IMG/VR virus record: IMGVR_UViG_3300036778_000062 | Span: 76,646 to 140,645 of that record | Length of the DNA stretch: 64,000 nt | Origin: a virus | Taxonomy: Duplodnaviria > Caudoviricetes | Strand: one strand, 5' to 3' | Shown here: positions 19,022 to 28,526 of the stretch, piece after piece | How the letters are laid out: every line of letters starts with the position of its first letter | Position numbering within the stretch: position 1 is the stretch's first letter | Program-made: the position numbers and the translations under genes | Notes under the pieces: generated by a model | Database searches by the model: none | Told to the model about the DNA's origin: nothing | Seen by the model: only the letters and a program-made list of their open reading frames with translations

Positions 19022-20122
19022 TCAGATGCCAACCATCGACGAAAAGCCGATTGGCATCCGGATGATGGCGCCAAAGGTGCCAGCCATCTTCTTCTGCTTG
19101 TAGGACGAGGCCGCGCGGATAATCGGAAACGCCTTCAACTTCTCGGTGAAGGAGCAATAGGCTGTCTTCTGCCCTTGGATCTTCTCCGCAATCAGCTGCA
19201 TGAAATTTCCTGCAGGGACGCCCTGCGGGTTGTCGGGTGTCAAAGCGCCGTATTGAACCGCGGTCTGAATGCGGAGATTTGGGAAATTCTTTTTGAGGAG
19301 ATCTTCCACATTGACGTTGAAGGAGTTGGTGAACGTCAGCGCCACCTCCGAACCGGGAGACATCGCGAGCACCATCGGCGTCCTTTTGTTGACGAGACCG
19401 ATGTTGTTCTGGATCAGATTCTCATAGACGGCGACGACGTCGTTGTAGACCTCGTTCGCTGTCGCGTTCGGCGCGCCACTATCGGTAAACCAGGACGTTC
19501 CGCCATTCACCTTCACAGACGGTGCAAGCGGAGCGCCAAGGTTCGGATCATTGAAAAGACCGAAGTTTTCCAGCCCCGCAACGCCGTAGAAGTACGATAG
19601 GTTGCTGAACCTATTGAGGCCGTCGGCCGCAGCAGCCTCGAGACCACTAATCCAGTTTACACGGCCGAGGCCCGCGCGTTCGATTTCGAGGTCGCCGTAT
19701 TCGAGCATCACCTGGAAATTGTACGATTGCCGCTGGGGCCAGTTGGTATTGAGTGAGGCTCGGCCATTCTCATTGAAATCGCCATACGTCGAGACCTCGA
19801 CGGTATGTTCGACGGTCGGGAACATCGCCGTCGATGTGGTCCAATTGCCCTTACGCTCCTCACCTACGATTTCCGCTCCTTCAGTCGGAGCGAACAGGAT
19901 ATCGAAAATATCCGGATCGATGAACGTGGTGAGCCAGGATGGAATGCCGGTGTTCGGATCCGTCTGCAAAGCGGGTTGAGCATCCATCGCGAGATAGTTC
20001 GTCGCGATTGCATCGGTCGCATAGCAGCGAACCGTGTCCAGTAGCGAAACGCCTTTGGATTCGAAGAACTCTTTCTCGGAGGCAAAGGCCTGCATCGCCT
20101 GCTCAAGAGTACCATTGTACAT
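19022..20122 (-). CDS. Major capsid protein (DUF2184 type)
   Basis: LAMDAQP.L.T..N.GIP, KGNWT, YGD, RQSY.FQ, LN.F.N..YFYGVAGL; AAGGAG RBS. Confidence 0.9.
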   Translation of the reverse strand: MYNGTLEQAMQAFASEKEFFESKGVSLLDTVRCYATDAIATNYLAMDAQPALQTDPNTGIPSWLTTFIDPDIFDILFAPTEGAEIVGEERKGNWTTSTAMFPTVEHTVEVSTYGDFNENGRASLNTNWPQRQSYNFQVMLEYGDLEIERAGLGRVNWISGLEAAAADGLNRFSNLSYFYGVAGLENFGLFNDPNLGAPLAPSVKVNGGTSWFTDSGAPNATANEVYNDVVAVYENLIQNNIGLVNKRTPMVLAMSPGSEVALTFTNSFNVNVEDLLKKNFPNLRIQTAVQYGALTPDNPQGVPAGNFMQLIAEKIQGQKTAYCSFTEKLKAFPIIRAASSYKQKKMAGTFGAIIRMPIGFSSMVGI

Positions 20123-20192
20123 GCTAATGCTCCTTCGGCCGAGGAAGGCTCGGCTCAAGTTACGTTTGGTTTGAAGGGAAGGGCGCTCGGGA

Positions 20193-21155
20193 TCAGCCGA
20201 GCGGGTGATCGCTGATCTTGACGAGCTCGGTGGACAGGCCGGGGCTCATCGCGGACCACTTGGTTTCGACATCGAGCGCGGTATTGATCGCCTGACCGGG
20301 CGTTATCGACTGCGTCAGGTTGACGATGTAGGTACCAGCGGCGCCGGTGCCGGTGCCGAGGTCTGTAATCACGGTGCCATCACTGATCCCGCTGCCGTTG
20401 GCCGGCTGACCGACTGCGAACGTGCCTGCTACGGTGCCGCCGATTGTCATGAGACCATAGCTGCCGGTCATAGCTTCCGTGTCGATATCCTGCTCGGAGA
20501 GATTGAGCGCGTAGCGGCCGGCACCGCGCAGCGCTTCGCCATCCTGCAGGGGCAGCACCTGGTTAACGATGTGGGCGCCCGTCGGAACGCCAGAGCCCGC
20601 GACCACGGTACCGTTGTAGAGCGTACCGGTGACAGCCGAAGCGGTCAGGATGTTCCCCTCGATCGAACCAGTGAAGGAGCTGGTTTCGGCAGCGATCGTG
20701 GAGGAGGTCGATGTACCGCCGGAATCCGGAGCGCCAGCCGGCCCAAAGCGGACCGAGCCATCCTGGAAGTTGGCGTAAGCCTTCATGCCGATCAGCGCCT
20801 GGTTAGAGCCGGCGTTCTTTACGACAAAGTCGCCGCCGTTCATCAGCGTGATTGGCTGGCCGGCCGGCACGAGCATGCTGGATTCTTGCAGATACTGCGT
20901 AAGCATGCCCTGCTGTTCGCGGTGGACGAACCCGGTCACGGGCCCGGAGCCGAAGTTGTTCACGACGGCCGGACCGCCGACATCGTCTTCGTGCTGGTCG
21001 GCTGCCCAAGCAAACCGCGCAACTCGTACGCCGAAGTCGCCACAGACGAAGGCGCCGGCGCCGGCGATCACAGAAAAGCGCGGGTTGGCGCTTGCGAAAT
21101 CACCTTCTACGCCGATCGCCGGCTGAACGGTGACCCTGGTTTGAAAGCCGCCCAT
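20193..21155 (-). CDS. Capsid decoration/cement protein with two inserted modules
   Basis: FQT.V..QPA.GVEGDFASANP, GFVHREQQ, ETKW; between DUF2213 and capsid. Confidence 0.8.
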   Translation of the reverse strand: MGGFQTRVTVQPAIGVEGDFASANPRFSVIAGAGAFVCGDFGVRVARFAWAADQHEDDVGGPAVVNNFGSGPVTGFVHREQQGMLTQYLQESSMLVPAGQPITLMNGGDFVVKNAGSNQALIGMKAYANFQDGSVRFGPAGAPDSGGTSTSSTIAAETSSFTGSIEGNILTASAVTGTLYNGTVVAGSGVPTGAHIVNQVLPLQDGEALRGAGRYALNLSEQDIDTEAMTGSYGLMTIGGTVAGTFAVGQPANGSGISDGTVITDLGTGTGAAGTYIVNLTQSITPGQAINTALDVETKWSAMSPGLSTELVKISDHPLG

Positions 21156-21244
21156 TGAGTGTTCCTTTCAGGGGTAAAACGGGGTTGTCGCCGGCCGCGG
21201 TTCGCCGCCGGCGGTGTTCGACGTTTGGATGATGGGGAAACCTG

Positions 21245-22711
21245 TTAGGCGCTGACCTTGATGCTGGCCGCGTGTGGGAAGCGCGCGGCCAGGCTCTTGG
21301 CGACCGCGGCGTCAGTCGCGATCGGCGGCCTCGGCGGTGGGTTGCCGTTGCCCGGCTGCTTATGGGAACGCAACACTGCCTTGGCGGCTGGAATGCTGTC
21401 GATCTTGTCGGCATCTTCGACACCGAGCACACCGAGGGCAGCCTGATAGACGCTGATCGCGCTATCGAAGGCGCCCTTAAGAGTGCCGACATACGGCCTG
21501 ACTTCCTCGCGGGCGTCCACGGCGGCCTGCACGCGATCGCGCTCGGCTTTGACCGCGGCGCTGATCGCCTGGTCCATGGCCTTCTTGTCGACCATGTCCT
21601 TGGTCTTCTCGGCAACAGCCTTCTCGACATCGCCCGCCATCTTCTCCTCGGCCTCCTTCGCCTTGCGCTTCTTCTCTTCGTCGTCTTCCTCGTCATCCTC
21701 ATCGGCGGCGCCTCGCGGACCGGCCTTGAGCATGTCGCAGGCCTTCAGGTAGTCATCCTCGCCGAGCTTGCCCTTGAGGAAAGCGTGGATGTCGGACTCG
21801 CCGCCCTCGGCGTCCATCGTCTCTTCCGGCATATCCTCGACGTCGATCTCGTCATCACCTTCCGCGATCGGGGCCTTTTCCAAGGCATCGATCAGGCCGG
21901 CGACGTCCTCGATCGAGGCGTCAGCCGCAAGCTTGCCCTTGGTCGCGGTCTTGATGCCGGCAATGATTGTCGGTTTCTGCGTGGCGAAATTCTTGGCCGT
22001 CAGCTTCGCCAGGATCGTTCGAAGATCGACCTTGGCGTCAAGAGCCAGGCGCGGAGCGAGGTGGAGGGCGATGACGCTGCGGACAGCGGCACCGGTACGC
22101 GTCATCTTAACTTTCGCCATCTTGATGGTCTCCATGGTGTCGCCGACCACAACATCGGGTCCGGCTCGTCCTTCTTTCACAAGCGCAACGTGATTGCCGA
22201 CAATGTCTCGCATGACGCCGTCGTATTCCTCGCCGTCGGGCGTGTGGCCCGGCGTCATGTCAGCGCGATAGCGGTACGCGCTCGACAATTCCTTTTTCAG
22301 CTCATCCTCGATATCGCCGATGCCTTCGCCGGCCCAGACGACCAGCGAATTGTCGAGGTAGGGCGCGTCGAACTCGGAGTCGGTACCGAGGGACCCGATC
22401 ACGAGCTCAGGCCTGTGGTCGCGCGCATCGACCGGGACATGGCGGGAGAGCAGCGGCAGGTTATTGAAAGTCTCTGCCGCTTTCTTCAATTCGTCCGGAT
22501 GCCGCCAGAGCTTATAAAGCTTGCGAGGATCAAGCCCCAGCTTTTCGAACTCAGGAATCTCGACGCCGAGATATTCGCAGACGTTTGCCTTCGAGATGTG
22601 CGTCTTCGCAACATGCAGGCGACCGTCGGCGTCATAGTTGCGCACTGACGCGCGGTCGAAGGCGAGGATCTCGCGCGCATCGAATGCGGGGTGCGGCGAT
22701 ACGCCCGACAT
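21245..22711 (-). CDS. Prohead protease/scaffold (DUF2213)
   Basis: DGRLHV...ISKANV..Y.G.EIP, KELSSAYRY, NHVALV..GRAGPDV; acidic scaffold C-term. Confidence 0.92.
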   Translation of the reverse strand: MSGVSPHPAFDAREILAFDRASVRNYDADGRLHVAKTHISKANVCEYLGVEIPEFEKLGLDPRKLYKLWRHPDELKKAAETFNNLPLLSRHVPVDARDHRPELVIGSLGTDSEFDAPYLDNSLVVWAGEGIGDIEDELKKELSSAYRYRADMTPGHTPDGEEYDGVMRDIVGNHVALVKEGRAGPDVVVGDTMETIKMAKVKMTRTGAAVRSVIALHLAPRLALDAKVDLRTILAKLTAKNFATQKPTIIAGIKTATKGKLAADASIEDVAGLIDALEKAPIAEGDDEIDVEDMPEETMDAEGGESDIHAFLKGKLGEDDYLKACDMLKAGPRGAADEDDEEDDEEKKRKAKEAEEKMAGDVEKAVAEKTKDMVDKKAMDQAISAAVKAERDRVQAAVDAREEVRPYVGTLKGAFDSAISVYQAALGVLGVEDADKIDSIPAAKAVLRSHKQPGNGNPPPRPPIATDAAVAKSLAARFPHAASIKVSA

Positions 22712-22725
22712 AGTTATCCTCGCGG

Positions 22726-22998
22726 CTATTTCGCTGGCTTGGTGGTGGTCTTTTCGTCGAGAGTCGATTTATCTGCGGCGGCCTTATCGGCCGCCGCTTT
22801 GGCGTCTATGGCGTTGAGTTGCTGCTGAAGGATCGTCAGCACGGGCGCGGACGTCTTGTAGGGCAGCTCCATCAGGCCCTGGCCGATGATCTGCAGCTCC
22901 GCGCGCGTCACGTCGAGTTTGAGATGATCCGTTGGGGTCTGTGCAATCGCACTGCCTGCCCCGACGAACATAAGTAATGCCACAAGCAAGATTCTCAT
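22726..22998 (-). CDS. Small phage protein with signal peptide
   Basis: MRILLVALLMFVGAGSAIA leader; L.ELPYK.SAP helical core; AAGGA RBS. Confidence 0.65.
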   Translation of the reverse strand: MRILLVALLMFVGAGSAIAQTPTDHLKLDVTRAELQIIGQGLMELPYKTSAPVLTILQQQLNAIDAKAAADKAAADKSTLDEKTTTKPAK

Positions 22999-23163
22999 AT
23001 TCTGATTTCCTTTAGCGTGGACAAACCTGCTCGGCTGAGTTGAGGGCGGCCTTGGGTCGCGCAGGGCGTGTGGTGCACGTTGTGGATGAGCATCTCGCAC
23101 GCTGGACGTGAACAGGAAGGGACGCCTAGGTTCCAGCCGACACTTTGGTCACGGGAGATTTTG

Positions 23164-23631
23164 ATGAAGTTCGCTCTGATGACGAAAGCCGTGGTTGCCG
23201 CGGCATTTCTTTCCTTAAGCTATGACGCAGTCTTCGCTGACCCCATAAGAGCAGTCGGTCGAGCCGATTGCAGTCAACTTTGTTGGTTTCACCAACCTAC
23301 AGAGGTGGGAATCGATTACTCGTGCTCGATGAAGCTTCAAACTCAGAAGGAAGCAGACTTTTGGAAGCAAGGCTTTAAGACGATTGGAGGACCTCGAACC
23401 AATCTGACAATGGATTTGGTTAGCCTCGACTCGGATAGCTCGGCTCCCAAATGTCCGGCGATAACCTGGCAGTCGTTCGACGCAGTGCGGCAGTTGCAGT
23501 CGACCCCTGTAACCGGCGTAGTTCACTCGGGCGAGAACTGCTCCCTATCCGGCAACATCGCACCAGGAGAATCGGTCGTGTTTTCGTGCACGCATGGTTC
23601 TTCGACGCAGGCAACTGTTTTCCCCAAATAG
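23164..23631 (+). CDS. Moron: secreted Cys-rich protein
   Basis: Antisense to the late operon, lower GC, signal peptide, 6 Cys in the mature part. Confidence 0.65.
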   Translation: MKFALMTKAVVAAAFLSLSYDAVFADPIRAVGRADCSQLCWFHQPTEVGIDYSCSMKLQTQKEADFWKQGFKTIGGPRTNLTMDLVSLDSDSSAPKCPAITWQSFDAVRQLQSTPVTGVVHSGENCSLSGNIAPGESVVFSCTHGSSTQATVFPK

Positions 23632-23653
23632 CCCGTCACCGGGTGACCCGCGG

Positions 23654-24451
23654 CTATAAGAAGCCCGGGATCACCGGGCGCGCGATACATCGGCAATTGA
23701 TCAACTCGCCGGGCAGAACGTGCTTGTCGACCGCGGGATCGAACCAGCCTTTGGAAAGCTGGAATTTCTCCTTGTTGCGACCGGCGGCAACGTGTGTGGG
23801 TCGCGGATGCTTGCCGCCACCGCTGTGAACCCAGATAGCCTCTGTGATGCCGGCCTGCACCTGGCGCGCGCGGGTCATCACCGCGGTCGCCTTGTTGTTC
23901 TGGTCTCGCGCGATAGTCGTCGCGCGCCGCTTCGTCACTCCGAACTGTTCTTGCAGGGCCTTGGTGAGCTGGCCGAGATCGCGCCCGGTCTGCACCGAAC
24001 GCATCACCATGCCCTCGACCTGGATCAGATACTGCTGCGGGATCGACTTGATGAGGGATACCTGCTCATTGATCGTTGCGTCGATGACGTCGCGCATCGC
24101 CGGCGTCATGTTGAATTTGACGGTGAAGCCGCCATCGCGAAGGATCTTCTTCAGAGCCGCATCGCTGCGCGCATGAACTGTAGTCGCAAAATATTCCGCG
24201 AGCTTGGGTGCGGCTCGATCGAAATTCCGCTTCCATCGACGCGCCAGTTGGCGAACCGCTAGCCGCAACTCTTCGGCCGGATTTCGGTCCTGGGCCATGA
24301 TCGGCGGGTTCTGCCGATATGCCGCCTTGAGCCAGTAGACGAACGAGGCGTTCATCTCCTCAATCAGCTCGATGAGCTTCCGACGGTATGCCGACTCGAT
24401 ACCGGCGTTCGGGTGAACCGGCCGCAGCGTCTTTGCTTTCGGCCGCTTCAC
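23654..24451 (-). CDS. Minor head protein (MuF/SPP1 gp7 family)
   Basis: RA.TIARDQ.NK, W.HS....PR.TH, PGELINCRC. Confidence 0.92.
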   Translation of the reverse strand: MKRPKAKTLRPVHPNAGIESAYRRKLIELIEEMNASFVYWLKAAYRQNPPIMAQDRNPAEELRLAVRQLARRWKRNFDRAAPKLAEYFATTVHARSDAALKKILRDGGFTVKFNMTPAMRDVIDATINEQVSLIKSIPQQYLIQVEGMVMRSVQTGRDLGQLTKALQEQFGVTKRRATTIARDQNNKATAVMTRARQVQAGITEAIWVHSGGGKHPRPTHVAAGRNKEKFQLSKGWFDPAVDKHVLPGELINCRCIARPVIPGFL

Positions 24452-27096
24452 TTCAATCGCCCGAACGCGCTGTCCGTCAGCGACTTGTCCGAAGCCCCGC
24501 CGCCCGGCCGCTTGACGCCGTTGCGTTTCAAGAAGTCATTGAGCTGCTTTGCTCCGGTTGGCGAAGCGGAGGCGATGCGAACATCTTCCAGCTCGTTGGG
24601 CACCACGACCTCGCCGGCCGAGTTGAACTTCGGCTTCCAGCCGCCAGCAAGCGCCTTTTCGAAAGCAGTCTCGCGTTCGTTGGATCGAGCCCGCTGCTTT
24701 TCACGTTCAGCCCGCCTTTGGGCATCCTGTTCGGCCTTGCGCTCGGTGGCCGACATCTTGCCCCACCGGCTCATTTCCGTGGCGAATTCCTGCTCCTCTT
24801 CACCGACCTCATCGTGTTCGCGCGCCATGATTTGGTCCATCTCAGCGATGGCGCTTTCGGAGCCTGATTTCAACTCGATCACCGCGGACTGCAGTCTGTC
24901 CAGGGCCTCCTGCACGTCGTCCTCATCGGCGTCCGGATCGTCAAGGTGATCCCGCAGGTTCTCAGTCGCATCGTCCACTTCAGACGCCAGTCCTTCGAGG
25001 TGGTCCGCCAGGTTCGCCATCTTCGCGGCGCCGATGTGCGTCACCGTCTGCGATTTCTGTCCCGCTTCGATAGGGGCGGCTCCCAGCAGATCGGCCGCTC
25101 GATTGTGCATGTCTTGCGCCGCTTTTCGCAAAGCGTCGGCTGCCGCCGGCGCTTCACCGATCGCATCGCGGAAATCCGACTCTGCTGTGAACTCTTCACC
25201 ATCCTCCAGCTCGGCACGATCCTCCGGCGTGATATCCATGATGTCGTCAGCGGCAGTCCCGATCTGCTCTCGAACCGATTCCAGATTGTCGCGAGCCTCG
25301 GATATCCCTTTCGATGCTTCACCGAACTTAGCTGCGCGAGCCTTGCTCGCCGCTTTTTCGGCGCCACCGCCGCCAGCTTCCCAGCGGCCGGAGTCATCGC
25401 GAGGATGATCAGCTTCGGTGAAATCTTCGTCGGAGGCTAAGCTGCTCGACGGCTCTCCGCGCGCCGCGCCGCCCTTAGGCTCGAGACCTTCGTCCTCTTC
25501 CTCTTTCAGGTCGGGCATGTCCTCGGTATTGAGGCCCGGATAGAGCGTGTCCGGCGCGTTGGCGACGCGCTTGCGCTCTTCTTCGGGTGAGATGACACCG
25601 CTGTCGATCTGGATCTGCGCCGTCTCCGAGTTGACTTTGCGGACGTCTGCCTGCCCCTTTTCGTCCAGCTCCCACAGAGGCTCGTAAGTGTAGAAAAGAT
25701 CAGGATCGACGCGCCCCCAGATATTGATTTGTGCGAACCGGAATACGCGGTCGAGGTTTGGCGAAAAGAACTGTTCCTGTTTCGCATGGATGTGGTCGTA
25801 GAACGCGCGCAGCTCAGGCTCTGCTGTCGCGTTCAAGCCGTGTGGCGAGATGCCGAGCAGCTTGACCAATGGGATACGTGATACCGATGCTTGATGCTCC
25901 TGCGCCTGGGCCTGCAGCATATCCAACGACGCGAGCGACGTGGATACGTTCTGGAATTCCTCCGATTCCGCGTCGATGACCATCACACCGCGGTTGTCGC
26001 GAGTGTTGTTGAATAGGTCTACGCGTTTGAAGAGCTGATCGCCGCCAGGCGTCAGCGTCTCGCCCATGTTGGTCGATAGCACGAAGACCGAGAAGGCCTG
26101 CACGATGTCGGCAACACTCTGCCGAATGTTCAGGAAGTTCTCGACGTACGGCTTCGCCATCTGCGTCAACGACAAGCCGCCGAACGAGTAGGCGGGTTTG
26201 AGCGCGTCAGGGACCGGTCGACCGACGAACTTCAGCAGCCTCGATACGTGGACTTCCCGGTCCATCACGAACCACGACTGCGGATTATACCAATCCGGCC
26301 GAAGCGGATTGTTCGAGTTGTAGCTCGTCGGGTACGTCCACATCGGTTCGACGACGGCTAACCGCTTCAGGTCTCCTCGTCCGAACTTCTGTTCCGTGAC
26401 GCCGTTCTTGCCGTTGCCGATCGGCATCTTCAGCTCGTTCCAATCGTCGGTGTCCCCGGTATCGAGATAGAGATGCGCACGGCCAAAGAACCCATCGACC
26501 TCGCAAGATTGGCAGAAGGTCTCACGAACCTTCAGACGCTCGAACTCTTCGTTGAGTTGCGCGATCTTCTTCGTTTTGTCCTTGTCGCCCTTCGCCTGGA
26601 TGCGGATCCACTTGCGAGTCATCTCGGTCGCGATCGTCTCGACCATGACGCGATATTCTGGACGCTGCGCGAGCTCGGCGAGGTACTGATAGCCGAGGAA
26701 CGCGATACCCTCGAAAGCGGCGTGGGAGCCCAGGGCATTCCAGGCACCGCCCGCCCAAGCCGAGATACCCGTTATCGCCTCGTCAGACGCCATCCTCCGA
26801 TCGACGGGGATGTTGTCCATAAGCTGGACCGGGAAGTCAGGCAGCTTGAACGGGTTGACGCGGGTGTAGCGTTCGGCCTTCTGCCTCGACCGTTGGAGAA
26901 CGTCGTCCGAAACGACGATCGGTTTCCGCTCGGCGCGATCGGCCGCTACCTTGATCTCCTCCGGCTGCAGCGTCTTCTTGGCGATCTTCCTTGCGACCCT
27001 ACGCGTCGGTGCGCGGCGCGCGCGTGCGGGCTTCTGCAGCTCTATGAACTCCAGCACCATCTGCCGGGCGAGCTGTTTGACGTCCTTCTTCTTCAC
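24448..27096 (-). CDS. Portal protein (DUF1073 type) with ~330-aa C-terminal extension
   Basis: FLGY.YL.ELAQRPEYR, EVH.SRL, IPLVKLLGISP.GLNA; directly after the terminase. Confidence 0.9.
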   Translation of the reverse strand: MKKKDVKQLARQMVLEFIELQKPARARRAPTRRVARKIAKKTLQPEEIKVAADRAERKPIVVSDDVLQRSRQKAERYTRVNPFKLPDFPVQLMDNIPVDRRMASDEAITGISAWAGGAWNALGSHAAFEGIAFLGYQYLAELAQRPEYRVMVETIATEMTRKWIRIQAKGDKDKTKKIAQLNEEFERLKVRETFCQSCEVDGFFGRAHLYLDTGDTDDWNELKMPIGNGKNGVTEQKFGRGDLKRLAVVEPMWTYPTSYNSNNPLRPDWYNPQSWFVMDREVHVSRLLKFVGRPVPDALKPAYSFGGLSLTQMAKPYVENFLNIRQSVADIVQAFSVFVLSTNMGETLTPGGDQLFKRVDLFNNTRDNRGVMVIDAESEEFQNVSTSLASLDMLQAQAQEHQASVSRIPLVKLLGISPHGLNATAEPELRAFYDHIHAKQEQFFSPNLDRVFRFAQINIWGRVDPDLFYTYEPLWELDEKGQADVRKVNSETAQIQIDSGVISPEEERKRVANAPDTLYPGLNTEDMPDLKEEEDEGLEPKGGAARGEPSSSLASDEDFTEADHPRDDSGRWEAGGGGAEKAASKARAAKFGEASKGISEARDNLESVREQIGTAADDIMDITPEDRAELEDGEEFTAESDFRDAIGEAPAAADALRKAAQDMHNRAADLLGAAPIEAGQKSQTVTHIGAAKMANLADHLEGLASEVDDATENLRDHLDDPDADEDDVQEALDRLQSAVIELKSGSESAIAEMDQIMAREHDEVGEEEQEFATEMSRWGKMSATERKAEQDAQRRAEREKQRARSNERETAFEKALAGGWKPKFNSAGEVVVPNELEDVRIASASPTGAKQLNDFLKRNGVKRPGGGASDKSLTDSAFGRLK

Positions 27097-28526
27097 GCGA
27101 GCGGCTTCCGTCGTCGGACCGGGATGGCTGACTTCGCGAGGACCTCGTCAGAAATGATGAGCGGCGCGCGCGCGACAAACGCGAGATAGTCCAAAGCCCA
27201 CACGAGCGCATCCATCCGATCGGGCGAACCTTCGAGCGCATAGCCGTCGCGGGTCATTGCGCACATCTGGTCCTCGAGCTCAATGAAGTCGCCGATATGA
27301 GAAATCTTGTTCTGCTCGTACAGAGCTGCGATCGGCTCGGCTCTCACGACCTTGCCGCGCGATGCGACGACTTCCTCATAGGGCACGCTTCTGTCGATCG
27401 TCCGGATGACGTGCTCGACCATGGCGCCGCCGTAGTTACGTTCGGCGACAATTCGATCAGCCTTGAATTCGTGATAGGCGGCAACCGCTCGCCGTCCCCA
27501 GCCATCCGGCGAGAGCTTGCAACTGCGATCCGCCAGGACGTAGCCGCGACCGTCTATACCCTTGCCGGCAACGATGATGCCGATCTCGTCGCCGTCGTCC
27601 TCGTCGCCGCCGGTGCCCGACGGGTCCACTGATACGACGATGCGCCGAAGGTCCGGAATCGTGACCGGCTTCCGAGCCTCATCGATCATGAGGCGCGTCC
27701 AGAGCGCGCCTGGCACGTCGTCGAGGATCTCGGCGTTCAGCTCCTGCCGGCCGAGCCGCGTCCCGCCATACCGATCCACGATCGACTGGATGAACGACGG
27801 CGGCAGGTTCGAGGCATTCGCCAGCGTGCTCCCGCTGGTGATACGGGTGAGCGCATCCTTGATCAGATATCGGATCAGCGGAATGGGGCGCGGCGTGGTG
27901 GTGATGCAGGCTCGCGGATGCAATCCAAGCCGCAGGCCGAATTGTAGTTGGTCCCAGGTGTCTTGCGCATAGCGCCACTTCGCCAGCTCATCGCACCACG
28001 CCGCATCATGTTGCGGGCCGCGGAGCTGGTCCGGCTCAGTTGCGTTGTACAGCGTGGCGATCGCACCATTGGGCCATGTGAGGCGGCGTTTGGACGGCTC
28101 GTAGTCCGGCCGGAAATCTTTCGGGTGAACCTGTAGAAGGCCAGAGCCTTCGTCTTCGGCTTTGCCGTCACCGACCATCACTTCGCGCGCATCGGCAGCA
28201 GTTTCCGCGATCAGCGCTAGCTGGCGATATCGACCGCGGCCGAGGGGCGTCGAACCGCAAACGTTGTCGCGAACCCACTCGGCGCCAGTGCGTGTTTTGC
28301 CGAAGCCGCGGCCGGCCATGAGCAGCCAGTATTTCCAGGCCGGATCGGCGGGCTCGATCTGGTCGGGGCGGGCCCAGAACTTCCAGTCCCAGCGAAGCGC
28401 CTCGAGCTGGCCGTCAGTCAGACCCGCCAGTATCTCCGCCCGTTCGCTTTCGGGCAGCGATGCTAGCAATTCGGCTTGCGATGAGTTCACGAGGACTGAC
28501 GTTCTTGGTTTCGATGGGGCCGCCAC
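27093..28526 (-). CDS. terL: Terminase large subunit
   Basis: Walker A AGRGFGKT, LRGPQ, WCDELAKW, TTTPRP, nuclease VSVDPS...SPDRMDALVW; true start may be the GTG near 28490. Confidence 0.95.
   Translation of the reverse strand: MAAPSKPRTSVLVNSSQAELLASLPESERAEILAGLTDGQLEALRWDWKFWARPDQIEPADPAWKYWLLMAGRGFGKTRTGAEWVRDNVCGSTPLGRGRYRQLALIAETAADAREVMVGDGKAEDEGSGLLQVHPKDFRPDYEPSKRRLTWPNGAIATLYNATEPDQLRGPQHDAAWCDELAKWRYAQDTWDQLQFGLRLGLHPRACITTTPRPIPLIRYLIKDALTRITSGSTLANASNLPPSFIQSIVDRYGGTRLGRQELNAEILDDVPGALWTRLMIDEARKPVTIPDLRRIVVSVDPSGTGGDEDDGDEIGIIVAGKGIDGRGYVLADRSCKLSPDGWGRRAVAAYHEFKADRIVAERNYGGAMVEHVIRTIDRSVPYEEVVASRGKVVRAEPIAALYEQNKISHIGDFIELEDQMCAMTRDGYALEGSPDRMDALVWALDYLAFVARAPLIISDEVLAKSAIPVRRRKPLA

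Noticed and set aside
21272-22648. 458-aa plus-strand ORF (and similar long antisense ORFs at 20205, 40740 and 54930)
   Set aside because: Antisense shadows of well-supported genes in high-GC DNA; no motifs
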